NCBI GenBank assembly: GCA_963666125.1
Contig: OY762633.1
Coordinates: 1,139,249 to 1,203,248 of the forward strand
Length of the DNA stretch: 64,000 nucleotides
Direction of reading: 5' to 3'
From: Dehalococcoidia bacterium
GTDB taxonomy: Bacteria; Chloroflexota; Dehalococcoidia; Lucifugimonadales; CAJWER01
Shown here: piece by piece, positions 48,203 through 57,067 of the stretch
Layout: every line of letters begins with the position of its first letter
Numbering within the stretch: the stretch's first letter is position 1
Notes under the pieces: generated by a model
What the model was told of the DNA's origin: nothing
Database searches by the model: none
The model's input: only the letters and a program-made list of their open reading frames with translations
Made by a program: the position numbers and the translations under genes

Positions 48203-50769
48203 AGATCACCATTCCCGAGCTATGTCTCGTCGCGCTCGTCGGGCCCACGGGCTCGGGTAAGTCCCACTTCGCCTCCCGCCACTTCAAGCCCACGGAAGTG
48301 ATCTCCTCGGACGCCTGCAGGGCGATGGTTGCGGATGACGCCACCGACCAGGCCGCAACGCCCGATGCCTTTGCGGTGCTCGAATTCATCGCGGCTACAC
48401 GCCTGCGCGCCGGTCGCCTCACCGTCATCGATGCCACCAGCGTACAGCCGCAGGCGCGGAAGTCCCTGGTGGACCTAGCCAGGGAGCATGACTGCCCTGC
48501 GGTGGCCATCGTGCTGAACATGCCGGAGGCCCTGTGCCTGGCCCGCAACAGGGAGCGCCCCGACCGGTCGTTCGGGCGCCGGGTCGTATACCAGCAGGCT
48601 TCGCAGCTTAGGCGGTCCCTGCGCGGGCTGAAGCGCGAAGGCTTCCGGTACGTGTTCATGCTCGATTCCCCTGAGGAGGCTGAAGCGGTCACCATCGAGC
48701 GGGCGCCCATGTGGACCAACCTCCGGCACGAGCGCGGTCCATTCGACATCATCGGCGACGTGCACGGCTGTTTCGACGAGCTCGTCACCCTCCTGGAACG
48801 CCTGGAGTATCGGGTGGAGACCCGCGCCGACGCCTCCGGGGAGACCCTGTTCTCCGTAACGCATCCCCAGGGGCGAAAGGCCGTATTCGTCGGCGACCTC
48901 GTGGACCGCGGCCCGGGCGTCCCCAACGTGCTCAGACTCGTGATGTCCATGACGGCGGACGGCGTAGGGCTCTGCGTGGCGGGCAATCACGAGTCCAAGC
49001 TCGTCCGCAAGCTTCAGGGCAGGAACGTGCAGGTATCCCACGGACTGGCGGAATCCCTTGAGCAATTGGAGACGGAGTCCCGGGGGTTCCGACAACGGGC
49101 CACCGAGTTCCTGGACGGACTGATAAGCCACTACGTGCTCGACGACGGGAACCTGGTGGTGGCCCACGCGGGGATAAAGGCTGAGTACCAGGGCCGCGCG
49201 TCAGCCCGCGTCCGGGACTTCTGCCTGTATGGCGAGACCACCGGGGAGACGGACGAGTTCGGACTCCCAATACGCGCCAACTGGGCGGCCGGCTATCGCG
49301 GGAAAGCCATGGTCGTCTACGGCCATACCGCGGTCGTGGAGCCCGCCTGGCTCAACCGCACCATCAACATCGACACGGGCTGTGTATTCGGCGGCAAGCT
49401 GACCGCGCTGCGGTACCCCGAAAGGGAGCTCGTGTCGGTTCCGGCGGCGCGGGTCTACTACGCTCCGGTGAGACCCCTCGCCGAGGCCGCCCAGCCGGGA
49501 GAGGCCACCGCTACGGACGGTGCTCGCCCGGCGAACGTCCTCGACATAGGCGACGTGATCGGGAAGCGCGTCGTTGCTACGCGGCTCCGCGGCAACATCA
49601 CCGTGCGAGAAGAGAACGCGGCGGCGGCCCTCGAAGTGATGAGCCGCTTCGCCCTGGACCCCCGCTGGCTGGTCTACCTTCCGCCCACAATATCCCCATG
49701 TGAGACATCGGAGCTCCCCGGCCTGCTCGAACATCCAGCCGAGGTGTTCGCCTACTTCCGCAACAACGGCGTGTCCAGCGTGGTCTGCGAAGAGAAGCAC
49801 ATGGGTTCACGGGCCGTCGTCGTGGTTGGGCAAGACGCCGATGCCATCGAGCGGCGCTTCGGCATCGCCGAGGGTATCGGCGCCTGCTACACGCGGACAG
49901 GGCGAAGGTTCTTCGAAGACCGCGACCTCGAGGCGCAGCTCCTGGAACGCGTCCGTGCGGGTATTTCGCACGCCGGGCTCTGGGACGAGCTGGGGACCGA
50001 CTGGGTGGTGCTGGACAGCGAGCTCATGCCGTGGTCCCTCAAGGCGCAAGAGCTGCTCCGCGAACAGTACGCCGCTGTCGGTGCGGCTGCGCAGACCGGC
50101 CTCACGGTCGCCGAGTCCCTCCTCCGCCAGACGGCGGAGCGCGGCATCGACGACGCCGGTGCTCTGGCCAGGGTCAAAGATCGGCTCAGCCTCGCCCAGC
50201 TCTACAGAGCCTCCTACGCACGGTATTGCTGGCCGGTGACGTCGCTCGCCGACATCCGGTTTGCGCCCTTCCACCTGCTCGCGAGCGAAGGCCGGCTGCA
50301 CACCGACAAGGACCACCTGTGGCACATGAAAGTGGCCGCGCGCCTGCACGAAGCCGATCCGGCGTTCTTCCGGAATACCGAGCACAGGGTCGTGCGCCTG
50401 GACACGTCCGATGAGTCCGAGGCCACGCGCTGGTGGGAGGAGCTGACGGGCAAGGGAGGTGAGGGCATGGTCGTGAAGCCGACGGCCTTCGTCTCGAAGG
50501 GCAAGCGCGGCCTGGTACAGCCCGCCATGAAGTGCAGGGGAGCCGAATACCTGCGCATCATCTACGGACCGGAGTACACCCTGCCGGAGAACCTGGATCG
50601 TCTGCGAAACAGGGGCATTTCCGCAAAGAGGTCTCTCGCCCTTCGGGAGTTCGCACTGGGCGTAGAGGGCCTACAGCGCTTCGTGGAACGAGAGCCGCTC
50701 TACCGGGTGCATGAGTGCGCCTTCGGGGTACTCGCTCTCGAGAGCGAGCCGGTCGACCCAAGGCTATGA
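48199..50769 (+). CDS. pnkp: Polynucleotide kinase-phosphatase-ligase Pnkp (bacterial RNA repair)
   Basis: P-loop kinase GPTGSGKSH. Calcineurin-type phosphatase GDVHGC, GDLVDRGP, GNHE. C-terminal adenylyltransferase with the EEKHMGSR lysine motif. ATG overlaps the hen1 stop (ATGA). Confidence 0.88.
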   Translation: MKITIPELCLVALVGPTGSGKSHFASRHFKPTEVISSDACRAMVADDATDQAATPDAFAVLEFIAATRLRAGRLTVIDATSVQPQARKSLVDLAREHDCPAVAIVLNMPEALCLARNRERPDRSFGRRVVYQQASQLRRSLRGLKREGFRYVFMLDSPEEAEAVTIERAPMWTNLRHERGPFDIIGDVHGCFDELVTLLERLEYRVETRADASGETLFSVTHPQGRKAVFVGDLVDRGPGVPNVLRLVMSMTADGVGLCVAGNHESKLVRKLQGRNVQVSHGLAESLEQLETESRGFRQRATEFLDGLISHYVLDDGNLVVAHAGIKAEYQGRASARVRDFCLYGETTGETDEFGLPIRANWAAGYRGKAMVVYGHTAVVEPAWLNRTINIDTGCVFGGKLTALRYPERELVSVPAARVYYAPVRPLAEAAQPGEATATDGARPANVLDIGDVIGKRVVATRLRGNITVREENAAAALEVMSRFALDPRWLVYLPPTISPCETSELPGLLEHPAEVFAYFRNNGVSSVVCEEKHMGSRAVVVVGQDADAIERRFGIAEGIGACYTRTGRRFFEDRDLEAQLLERVRAGISHAGLWDELGTDWVVLDSELMPWSLKAQELLREQYAAVGAAAQTGLTVAESLLRQTAERGIDDAGALARVKDRLSLAQLYRASYARYCWPVTSLADIRFAPFHLLASEGRLHTDKDHLWHMKVAARLHEADPAFFRNTEHRVVRLDTSDESEATRWWEELTGKGGEGMVVKPTAFVSKGKRGLVQPAMKCRGAEYLRIIYGPEYTLPENLDRLRNRGISAKRSLALREFALGVEGLQRFVEREPLYRVHECAFGVLALESEPVDPRL

Positions 50770-50791
50770 GCGCGCCCACCGGGGCAGCGTG

Positions 50792-53308
50792 TCATCTCCC
50801 GCTGGGGATACTGCCGTTGCGCTTGCCGTTGGCGGACACCTTGATCTCGCCCGTCGCGGAGGCGGGGACCTCCAACTCGCCGACGCAGGCTATCGAGGCC
50901 ACGGAGTCGCCCTGGTCCAGCTTGAATATCGTGACGCCCTGTGCCGCCCTGCCCGTGCTCCGGATCTCGGAGAGGTTCGTCCTGAGCACCTTGGCCTTCG
51001 AGGAGACGACGTAGAGCTCGTCGCTGTCCGTTATCACCTGTGCGGCGGCGACCTGTCCGGTCTTTCTCGTGACCTTCAGCGTCTTGACGCCCTGACCGCC
51101 TCGCCCCTGGGGACGGTACCGATTGAGGTCCGTCAGCTTGCCGTACCCCTTCCTGCTGATCACGAGAAGCTTGCTGTTCGGCACCACCACGTCCATGGCG
51201 ATGACGACGTCCCGGGCGAGGAGCTCCATGCCCTTCACGCCGCCGGCAGCCCTGAGGCGGGGCGTGACTTCGGCCAGGGCGAAGCGGATGGACTGCCCCT
51301 GCCGCGTGACCATCATCACGTCGTCTTCCTCGGAGGCCAGGCGCGCCGTGACAAGCTCGTCGTCGTCGCGGAGGTTCATGATGATGAGCCCGGCCCGGCG
51401 AACGTTGGCGATCTGGTCGACCGTGACACGCTTGACCAGCGCCTTCCTCGTGGCCAGGACGAGATAGCGCCCCTCCACGCCCAAGTCCGGCACCGCCACT
51501 ACGGCGTTCACGTGCTCCCTGTCGGTGAGGGGTATGACGTTGACCACCGGCACGCCGCGCGAATTCCTCGTCGTGTCGGCCCTTAGCTCGTACGACTTCA
51601 GGGGCAGCACCCGCCCCGTATTGGTGAAGAAGAGCAGTGTGTCGTGGGTGTCGCAGACCAAGATGTGCTCGACGGGGTCGTCCTCGCGGGTCGCCATGCT
51701 GACGACGCCCTTGCCTCCCCTGTGCTGGTTGCGGTACGTGCTGGCGGGGATGCGCTTCACGTAGCCGCCCTGGCTGAGGGTGATCACGATCTGCTCGTGG
51801 GGCTCCAGGTCCTCACGCCTGAAGTCGCGTACGTCCTCACCGATGATGGTGCGACGCTCGCCCCCGTGCTTCTTCTTGAGCGCCATCGTCTCCTTCTTGA
51901 TCTCGGCGTCGACCTTCTCGGGGTCCTCCAGCAACTCCTCCAGGCCCTTGATCGTGGCCTGAAGCTCCCTGTACTCGCTCTCGATCTTCTCGCGCTCCAG
52001 AGCGGCGATCCGCCTGAGCTGCATGTCCAGGATGGCCTGGGCCTGCAGGTCGGACAGGTCGTACCACTCCATGAGCTGGCTCTTGGCCGTCTCGGCGTCC
52101 GGCGCGTTCCGGATCAGCGCGATGACGGCGTCCAGGTTCGACAGCGCGACCCTGAGGCCCTCCAGTATGTGGGACCGCTCCTGCGCCTTTCGCAGCTGGA
52201 ACTGCGCCCTGCGCCTGATGACCACCCGGCGGAAATCTATGAACTCCATGAGCGCGTCGCGCAGGGTGATCACCCTGGGCGTGCCATCGACCAGCGCCAG
52301 CATGTTGGCCGAGAAGGTGCTCTGCATCGCGGTCATCTTGAAGAGCTTGTTCAGGATCACCAGGCCTTGAGCGCCGGACCTCAGCTCCATCACGATCCGC
52401 ATGCCCCGGCGATCCGACTCGTCCCGGATCTCGGATATGCCCTCCAGCCGCTTGCCCTTGACGAGCCCGGCGATCTTCTCGATCAGCGTGGCCTTGTTGA
52501 CCTGGTACGGCAGCTCCGTGACGACGATCTGCATCCGGCCTGACCGCTTCATCGGCTCGATGGTCGCGGTGCCCCGGACGACGATCTGGCCGCGCCCGGT
52601 CTCGTAGGCCTCACGGATGCCCTCGGTGCCCATGATGGTCGCGCCGGTCGGGAAGTCCGGCCCATGAACGCGCCGCATGAGCTCGGAAGTCGTAGGTTCG
52701 GGATTCCTGAGCAGCAGGTATATCGCGTCGCACAGCTCCGACAGGTTGTGGGGCGGGATGTTCGTCGCCATCCCCACGGCAATCCCGGCCGCCCCGTTGA
52801 GCAGCAGGTTCGGGAGCCTTGCGGGAAGGAGCACCGGCTCCGTAAGGCTCGCGTCGAAGTTGTCTATGAAGTCGACGGTCTCCTCGTCGAGGTTGGCGAG
52901 CATCTCCTCGGCGGGGGAGCTCAGGCGCGCCTCCGTATATCGCATGGCAGCCGGCGGGTCGTTGTCGATACTGCCGAAGTTCCCTTGGCCGTCGACCAGC
53001 GGCACACGCATCGAGAAGTCTTGGGCCATGCGTACCATGGCGTCGTAGACGGCGGCCTCGCCGTGGGGGTGGTACTTGCCCAGCACCTCACCGACGAGCC
53101 TGGCGCTCTTCTTGTAGGAGGAGTTGGACCTCATGCCAAGCTCCTGCATCGCGTAGAGGATCCGGCGCTGCACGGGCTTGAGACCGTCCCGCACGTCCGG
53201 CAACGCCCGGGCGACGATGACGCTCATGGCGTAGTCCATGTAGGACGAGCGCATCTCCTCCTCGAGCTGCTTGGGCATGATGAAACCGTATTCGGTCTTG
53301 GTTACCAT
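50792..53308 (-). CDS. gyrA: DNA gyrase subunit A
   Basis: [35 protein letters not shown] (active-site Tyr), and the C-terminal beta-pinwheel repeats. Confidence 0.97.
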   Translation of the reverse strand: MVTKTEYGFIMPKQLEEEMRSSYMDYAMSVIVARALPDVRDGLKPVQRRILYAMQELGMRSNSSYKKSARLVGEVLGKYHPHGEAAVYDAMVRMAQDFSMRVPLVDGQGNFGSIDNDPPAAMRYTEARLSSPAEEMLANLDEETVDFIDNFDASLTEPVLLPARLPNLLLNGAAGIAVGMATNIPPHNLSELCDAIYLLLRNPEPTTSELMRRVHGPDFPTGATIMGTEGIREAYETGRGQIVVRGTATIEPMKRSGRMQIVVTELPYQVNKATLIEKIAGLVKGKRLEGISEIRDESDRRGMRIVMELRSGAQGLVILNKLFKMTAMQSTFSANMLALVDGTPRVITLRDALMEFIDFRRVVIRRRAQFQLRKAQERSHILEGLRVALSNLDAVIALIRNAPDAETAKSQLMEWYDLSDLQAQAILDMQLRRIAALEREKIESEYRELQATIKGLEELLEDPEKVDAEIKKETMALKKKHGGERRTIIGEDVRDFRREDLEPHEQIVITLSQGGYVKRIPASTYRNQHRGGKGVVSMATREDDPVEHILVCDTHDTLLFFTNTGRVLPLKSYELRADTTRNSRGVPVVNVIPLTDREHVNAVVAVPDLGVEGRYLVLATRKALVKRVTVDQIANVRRAGLIIMNLRDDDELVTARLASEEDDVMMVTRQGQSIRFALAEVTPRLRAAGGVKGMELLARDVVIAMDVVVPNSKLLVISRKGYGKLTDLNRYRPQGRGGQGVKTLKVTRKTGQVAAAQVITDSDELYVVSSKAKVLRTNLSEIRSTGRAAQGVTIFKLDQGDSVASIACVGELEVPASATGEIKVSANGKRNGSIPSGR

Positions 53309-53365
53309 GAGGCGCTCCCGTTAGAGGTCGGTGCGACGGCGTGGGGCCGGTACAACACACGTACG

Positions 53366-53374
53366 ATTATACCA
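53366..53374 (-). promoter_or_regulatory. Extended -10 element (TGGTATAAT on minus strand) upstream of gyrA
   Basis: The reverse complement of ATTATACCA, about 58 nt upstream of the gyrA ATG. Confidence 0.4.
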
Positions 53375-53423
53375 TATTTTTGACTTGTCCGAAGAGGTAG
53401 GGCAGGCCATCCGGTCCCCTTCG

Positions 53424-53452
53424 TTGACAGGTCAATCGTCGCGGCATAGACT
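53424..53452 (+). promoter_or_regulatory. Sigma70-type promoter candidate (TTGACA-17 nt-TAGACT) for sixA-CHAD-trpCF
   Basis: Perfect -35, 17-nt spacer and 4/6 -10. It lies about 55 nt upstream of ATG 53507, which has a CAGGAG SD. Confidence 0.35.
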
Positions 53453-53506
53453 TCCGCGTGAGGTCGGGCCGGGTAAGTATTGGAGCGGCGCAGGAGTCGA
53501 GACCAG

Positions 53507-54010
53507 ATGGATCTGTACGTGCTCAGGCACGGGCTTGCGGGGGACCGTGGCAGCGCCGAGTACACCAACGACGACGAACGCCCGCTCACCCCGAAGGGCG
53601 TACGGAGGATGGCTCGACAGGTCCGAGGACTCCGCTCGCTGGGGCTGTCCGTCGACGTCATCGTGAGCAGTCCCCTTGTACGGGCCGCCCAGACGGCCGA
53701 GATAGTCCACGAGGGTCTGCAGATGACCGGTCGGCTGGTGACCTCGGACGCCTTGGCGCCGAACGGGAGCCCGTCACGGCTAGTCAGCCAGCTTGCCACC
53801 GGATATTCGTCGACAGGCGGCGTGATGATCGTGGGCCACGAACCGTACCTGAGCGGCCTCATATCCATCCTCACCACGGGGAACGCGGAGCCGGTGATCC
53901 GTCTCCGCAAGGGCGCCCTGTGCAAGCTGCGCTTGCCTGCGCCCAGATACGGGCGATGCGGCTGGGTCGAGTGGTCGATGACGCCGAAGCAGATGGTGAA
54001 CCTGAGTTGA
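53507..54010 (+). CDS. sixA: Phosphohistidine phosphatase SixA-like (histidine phosphatase superfamily)
   Basis: MDLYVLRHG (RHG catalytic motif), and a later GHEP motif. About 167 aa. Confidence 0.8.
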   Translation: MDLYVLRHGLAGDRGSAEYTNDDERPLTPKGVRRMARQVRGLRSLGLSVDVIVSSPLVRAAQTAEIVHEGLQMTGRLVTSDALAPNGSPSRLVSQLATGYSSTGGVMIVGHEPYLSGLISILTTGNAEPVIRLRKGALCKLRLPAPRYGRCGWVEWSMTPKQMVNLS

Positions 54011-54999
54011 CCAAGGGCAGGCATCACGAGTCCAACGGCTGGCACGGGCCCGTCAGTCTGCTCGCCGCGAGCGCCGTCGACCGGCGGCTGAAGCGTGTTG
54101 CCAGGCTCCTCCCGCGCGCGGCGAAGCACCCTGAGCGAGACGTGGAGTACGTCCACGACCTCCGCGTGGCATCCCGCCGAGCCGCGGCGACCCTGCGGCT
54201 CTTCGAGCCCTGGCTCCCGCAGACCGCATCCAGGAAGATGCAGACACGCCTGAACCGGATTCGCAGGGCCGCCGGCCCCGCACGAGACTTGGACGTCATT
54301 GAGGAGAGGCTGTCGCGCCTCGCGGCCGCAGGGGGCGCCACCGCCCAGCTTGTCGCCGCGGTCGACCGTGTACAAGTCCAGCGCGCCAAGGCCCAGAAAC
54401 CCATCAGGCGGTCCCACAGGAAGGCCAGGAAGCAGGATTGGCTTGGCCGGCGTGCACGGTCGCTGTCGGAGCGGGTGGAGTGGCGCGGGCAGGGTCCCGA
54501 ACCCCTGCTCCAGGACTGGGCTGGTACCGCCCTTCTGCCATCGCTTCAACGATTCGTAGACCGTTCGTTCGACGACCTCACCGACCCCAAGGCCCTGCAC
54601 AGGATGAGGATCGCCGAGAAGCGCGTTCGCTACTCCCTGGAAGCGCTCGACGGCGCCCCGGAGTCCCCCTTCGACGACGTTATGCCCGTGCTCACCGAGC
54701 TCCAGAAGCGGCTGGGCGAGATAAACGACCACCGGTCCGCCCATTTCCTGATGCTGCGCTGGCGGGACAGGTCGGGAGACGAGGGCATGAGGGAGGTCTT
54801 CGCGCATCTCGCAGCCTTCGAGCGGTGGCTGGGCAGCTATGCGCACGACAAGTTCCTGGAGTGGTGGACCCCGGCGAGGCGGCTCGACTTCCACGTACAA
54901 TTGAGCACGCTGTGCGCGAGCATGAACGGGCCCGGCATCGATTCACAAGCCGAGGCGCTCCGAGGGGGCCTTTGGAACCTGACACGCCCGACATACTGA
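54007..54999 (+). CDS. CHAD domain protein
   Basis: VHDLRVASRRAAATLRLF and HRMRIAEKRVRYSLE helices, typical of CHAD. Start uncertain: TTG 54007 overlapping the sixA stop, or ATG 53956. Confidence 0.65.
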   Translation: MTKGRHHESNGWHGPVSLLAASAVDRRLKRVARLLPRAAKHPERDVEYVHDLRVASRRAAATLRLFEPWLPQTASRKMQTRLNRIRRAAGPARDLDVIEERLSRLAAAGGATAQLVAAVDRVQVQRAKAQKPIRRSHRKARKQDWLGRRARSLSERVEWRGQGPEPLLQDWAGTALLPSLQRFVDRSFDDLTDPKALHRMRIAEKRVRYSLEALDGAPESPFDDVMPVLTELQKRLGEINDHRSAHFLMLRWRDRSGDEGMREVFAHLAAFERWLGSYAHDKFLEWWTPARRLDFHVQLSTLCASMNGPGIDSQAEALRGGLWNLTRPTY

Positions 55000-55766
55000 A
55001 GAAGATCGTCGTCGTGGAGCGGGAGGACCTCGAACGGCGCAGGGCCTCTGCGCCTATGGGCGACCTCGAACGGCGGATACGGGACGCCGGACGCCGGACG
55101 CCGCTCAATCTCGCCGGCTCGCTCATGGGCGTCGAGACGAGGGTCATCGCCGAGGTGAAGCGCGCCACACCATCCAAGGGGGTACTGCGCGGCGACATCG
55201 ACGCGGCGGGCCTCGCTGGGGCCTACGCCGACAACGGCGCGGCGGCGATCTCCGTCCTCACCAACGGGCCATTCTTCCAGGGCAGCCTAGCCGACATGGC
55301 GTCGGTACGCGGCGCTCTCCAACAGGTGCCGGTACTGCGAAAGGACTTCCTGTTCGACCCGTACCAGGTGTGGGAGGCCCGCGCCCACGGCGCCGACGCG
55401 GTGCTGCTCATAGTGGCGATGCTCTCTCGATCCCAGATATCCGAGCTCATGGACGCCGCGAAGAAGCTCTGGCTGCAGTGCCTGGTCGAGGTGCATACGG
55501 ACCGCGAGCTCGAAACGGCCCTCGAGGCAGGCGCGGAGATAGTCGGGATCAACAACAGGGACCTGCACACGTTCAGGACCGACCTGGCGGTCACCGAGCG
55601 CCTCGCTCCAAACGTCCCGCCGGACCGCATCGTGGTCAGCGAGAGCGGGATCAACTCCAGGGAGGACGTAGCGAGGGTGGCCCGGGCGGGCGCTCACGCA
55701 ATCCTCGTGGGCGAGGCGCTGGTCACGTCCGATGACCCGGGGGCGAAGCTGAGGGAGCTGGTGTGA
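54972..55766 (+). CDS. trpC: Indole-3-glycerol phosphate synthase
   Basis: ILKKIV, VIAEVKRATPSKG, LRKDF, LVEVH, GINNRDL, and SESGI. The TTG 54972 start is inferred. Confidence 0.9.
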   Translation: MEPDTPDILKKIVVVEREDLERRRASAPMGDLERRIRDAGRRTPLNLAGSLMGVETRVIAEVKRATPSKGVLRGDIDAAGLAGAYADNGAAAISVLTNGPFFQGSLADMASVRGALQQVPVLRKDFLFDPYQVWEARAHGADAVLLIVAMLSRSQISELMDAAKKLWLQCLVEVHTDRELETALEAGAEIVGINNRDLHTFRTDLAVTERLAPNVPPDRIVVSESGINSREDVARVARAGAHAILVGEALVTSDDPGAKLRELV

Positions 55767-56419
55767 CCAAGTTCAAGATATGCGGCCTCCGCGACGCGGA
55801 CAACGCGCTGGTCGCCGCGAACGCCGGCGCAGATTTCCTGGGCTTGAACTTCGTGCCGGGCGTCCGGCGCATGATCACGCCGGAACAGGCCCTGTCCATC
55901 GTCGGGCGCCTCCGCAGCACACTTGGGGAGCGCGTACCCACGCTCGTGGGCCTCTTCGCCAACCAGCGAGTCGACGAGGTCAACCGCATCGTGGACCAGT
56001 GCGGCCTCGAGCTTGCGCAGCTCTGCGGCGACGAGCCACGGGAGTACTGGGATGAGGTCGCCGCGCCCGTCATACGGCAGATCAAGGTTCGCGACGACGT
56101 CCCGACGGAAGCCGCTGTCGAGACAGCGGCGCGGCAGATCGAGGAGGTCATCGGCTCCGGCCACACGCCCATGCTCGACAAGTACGAGCGGGGCGCACTG
56201 GGTGGAACGGGGCGCACCTTCGATTGGCGCGTCGCCAGCGAGCTTGCCGCACGTTACGACCTGGTGCTCGCGGGCGGGCTGACGCCCGACAACGTAGCCC
56301 GCGCCATCGCGGAGGTGGGCCCGTGGGTCGTCGACGTGTCCAGCGGGGTCGAGACCGACGGCGTGAAGGACGCCTCCAAGATACGCCGCTTCGCCCAGGA
56401 AGTGCGGAGGGCCGGCTGA
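55763..56419 (+). CDS. trpF: Phosphoribosylanthranilate isomerase
   Basis: KICGL, GADFLGLNF, LAGGLTPDNV, and VDVSSGVE. GTG start overlaps the trpC stop. Confidence 0.9.
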   Translation: MTKFKICGLRDADNALVAANAGADFLGLNFVPGVRRMITPEQALSIVGRLRSTLGERVPTLVGLFANQRVDEVNRIVDQCGLELAQLCGDEPREYWDEVAAPVIRQIKVRDDVPTEAAVETAARQIEEVIGSGHTPMLDKYERGALGGTGRTFDWRVASELAARYDLVLAGGLTPDNVARAIAEVGPWVVDVSSGVETDGVKDASKIRRFAQEVRRAG

Positions 56420-56427
56420 GCGGCGGG

Positions 56428-56991
56428 CTACTCACCCACCCACGGAATCACGACCGTCATGGGCTCGCCGGGCGGCAGATTCGGCGTGTCTCGGTGGCTG
56501 ACGTGCCTCAGCACCTGCACGCCGAGCGGCGTCAGTCTCACGACCCTCAGCTCGCTGCTCCCCAGCGGCCCCTTCTCCAGGCGCAGCTCCATCGACCCGC
56601 GCAGGGCTGCCTCGTCCACCGTGTACTCGACGGTCATGCTCACCCGGCGTCCACCCTCAGCGCCAGACCGCGCCTGGCCCAGGACCATGCCGCTCGTCGA
56701 CACGGCAACCTCATCGAGGCCGTCCGACGTGCTGACAAGCCGCACGGTCAGGACGTTGCCGGGCGTCGATATGTCAACCGCTGCCCTGTCCGACGTGGTG
56801 CTGAAAGTCATCTCGACGCGGTTCAGCGCGGCCGGGGGGAGCATGGCCTTCCCATCCGGCGCGGGGGCGTCCACCACGACCCAGGCTTCGGCGGGCGTGG
56901 GTGTCGAATCGGGCGGCGAACCGGGTCCACCGGCGCACGACAACACGAACGGCAGCGAGGCCGCGTAGACGAGAGCGATCAGGCGGGCCAT
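56428..56991 (-). CDS. Hypothetical lipoprotein
   Basis: Signal peptide with a lipobox (LPFVLSC-AGG). No recognisable domain. Confidence 0.5.
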   Translation of the reverse strand: MARLIALVYAASLPFVLSCAGGPGSPPDSTPTPAEAWVVVDAPAPDGKAMLPPAALNRVEMTFSTTSDRAAVDISTPGNVLTVRLVSTSDGLDEVAVSTSGMVLGQARSGAEGGRRVSMTVEYTVDEAALRGSMELRLEKGPLGSSELRVVRLTPLGVQVLRHVSHRDTPNLPPGEPMTVVIPWVGE

Positions 56992-57067
56992 GCACAGATT
57001 CTACCGTAACCCTGAGCGACCGGCCTGATGAGACGACGCAAAGCCACCGGGCTCGCGCCGGGGCTCA

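Noticed and set aside
53458-54999. Single 513-aa ORF covering the sixA region and the CHAD gene.
   Set aside because: The first ~180 codons overlap the SixA-like gene in another frame and translate to Arg/Pro-rich junk. Recognisable CHAD helices begin only after about 54010, so the gene was trimmed to start near 54007 (or 53956).
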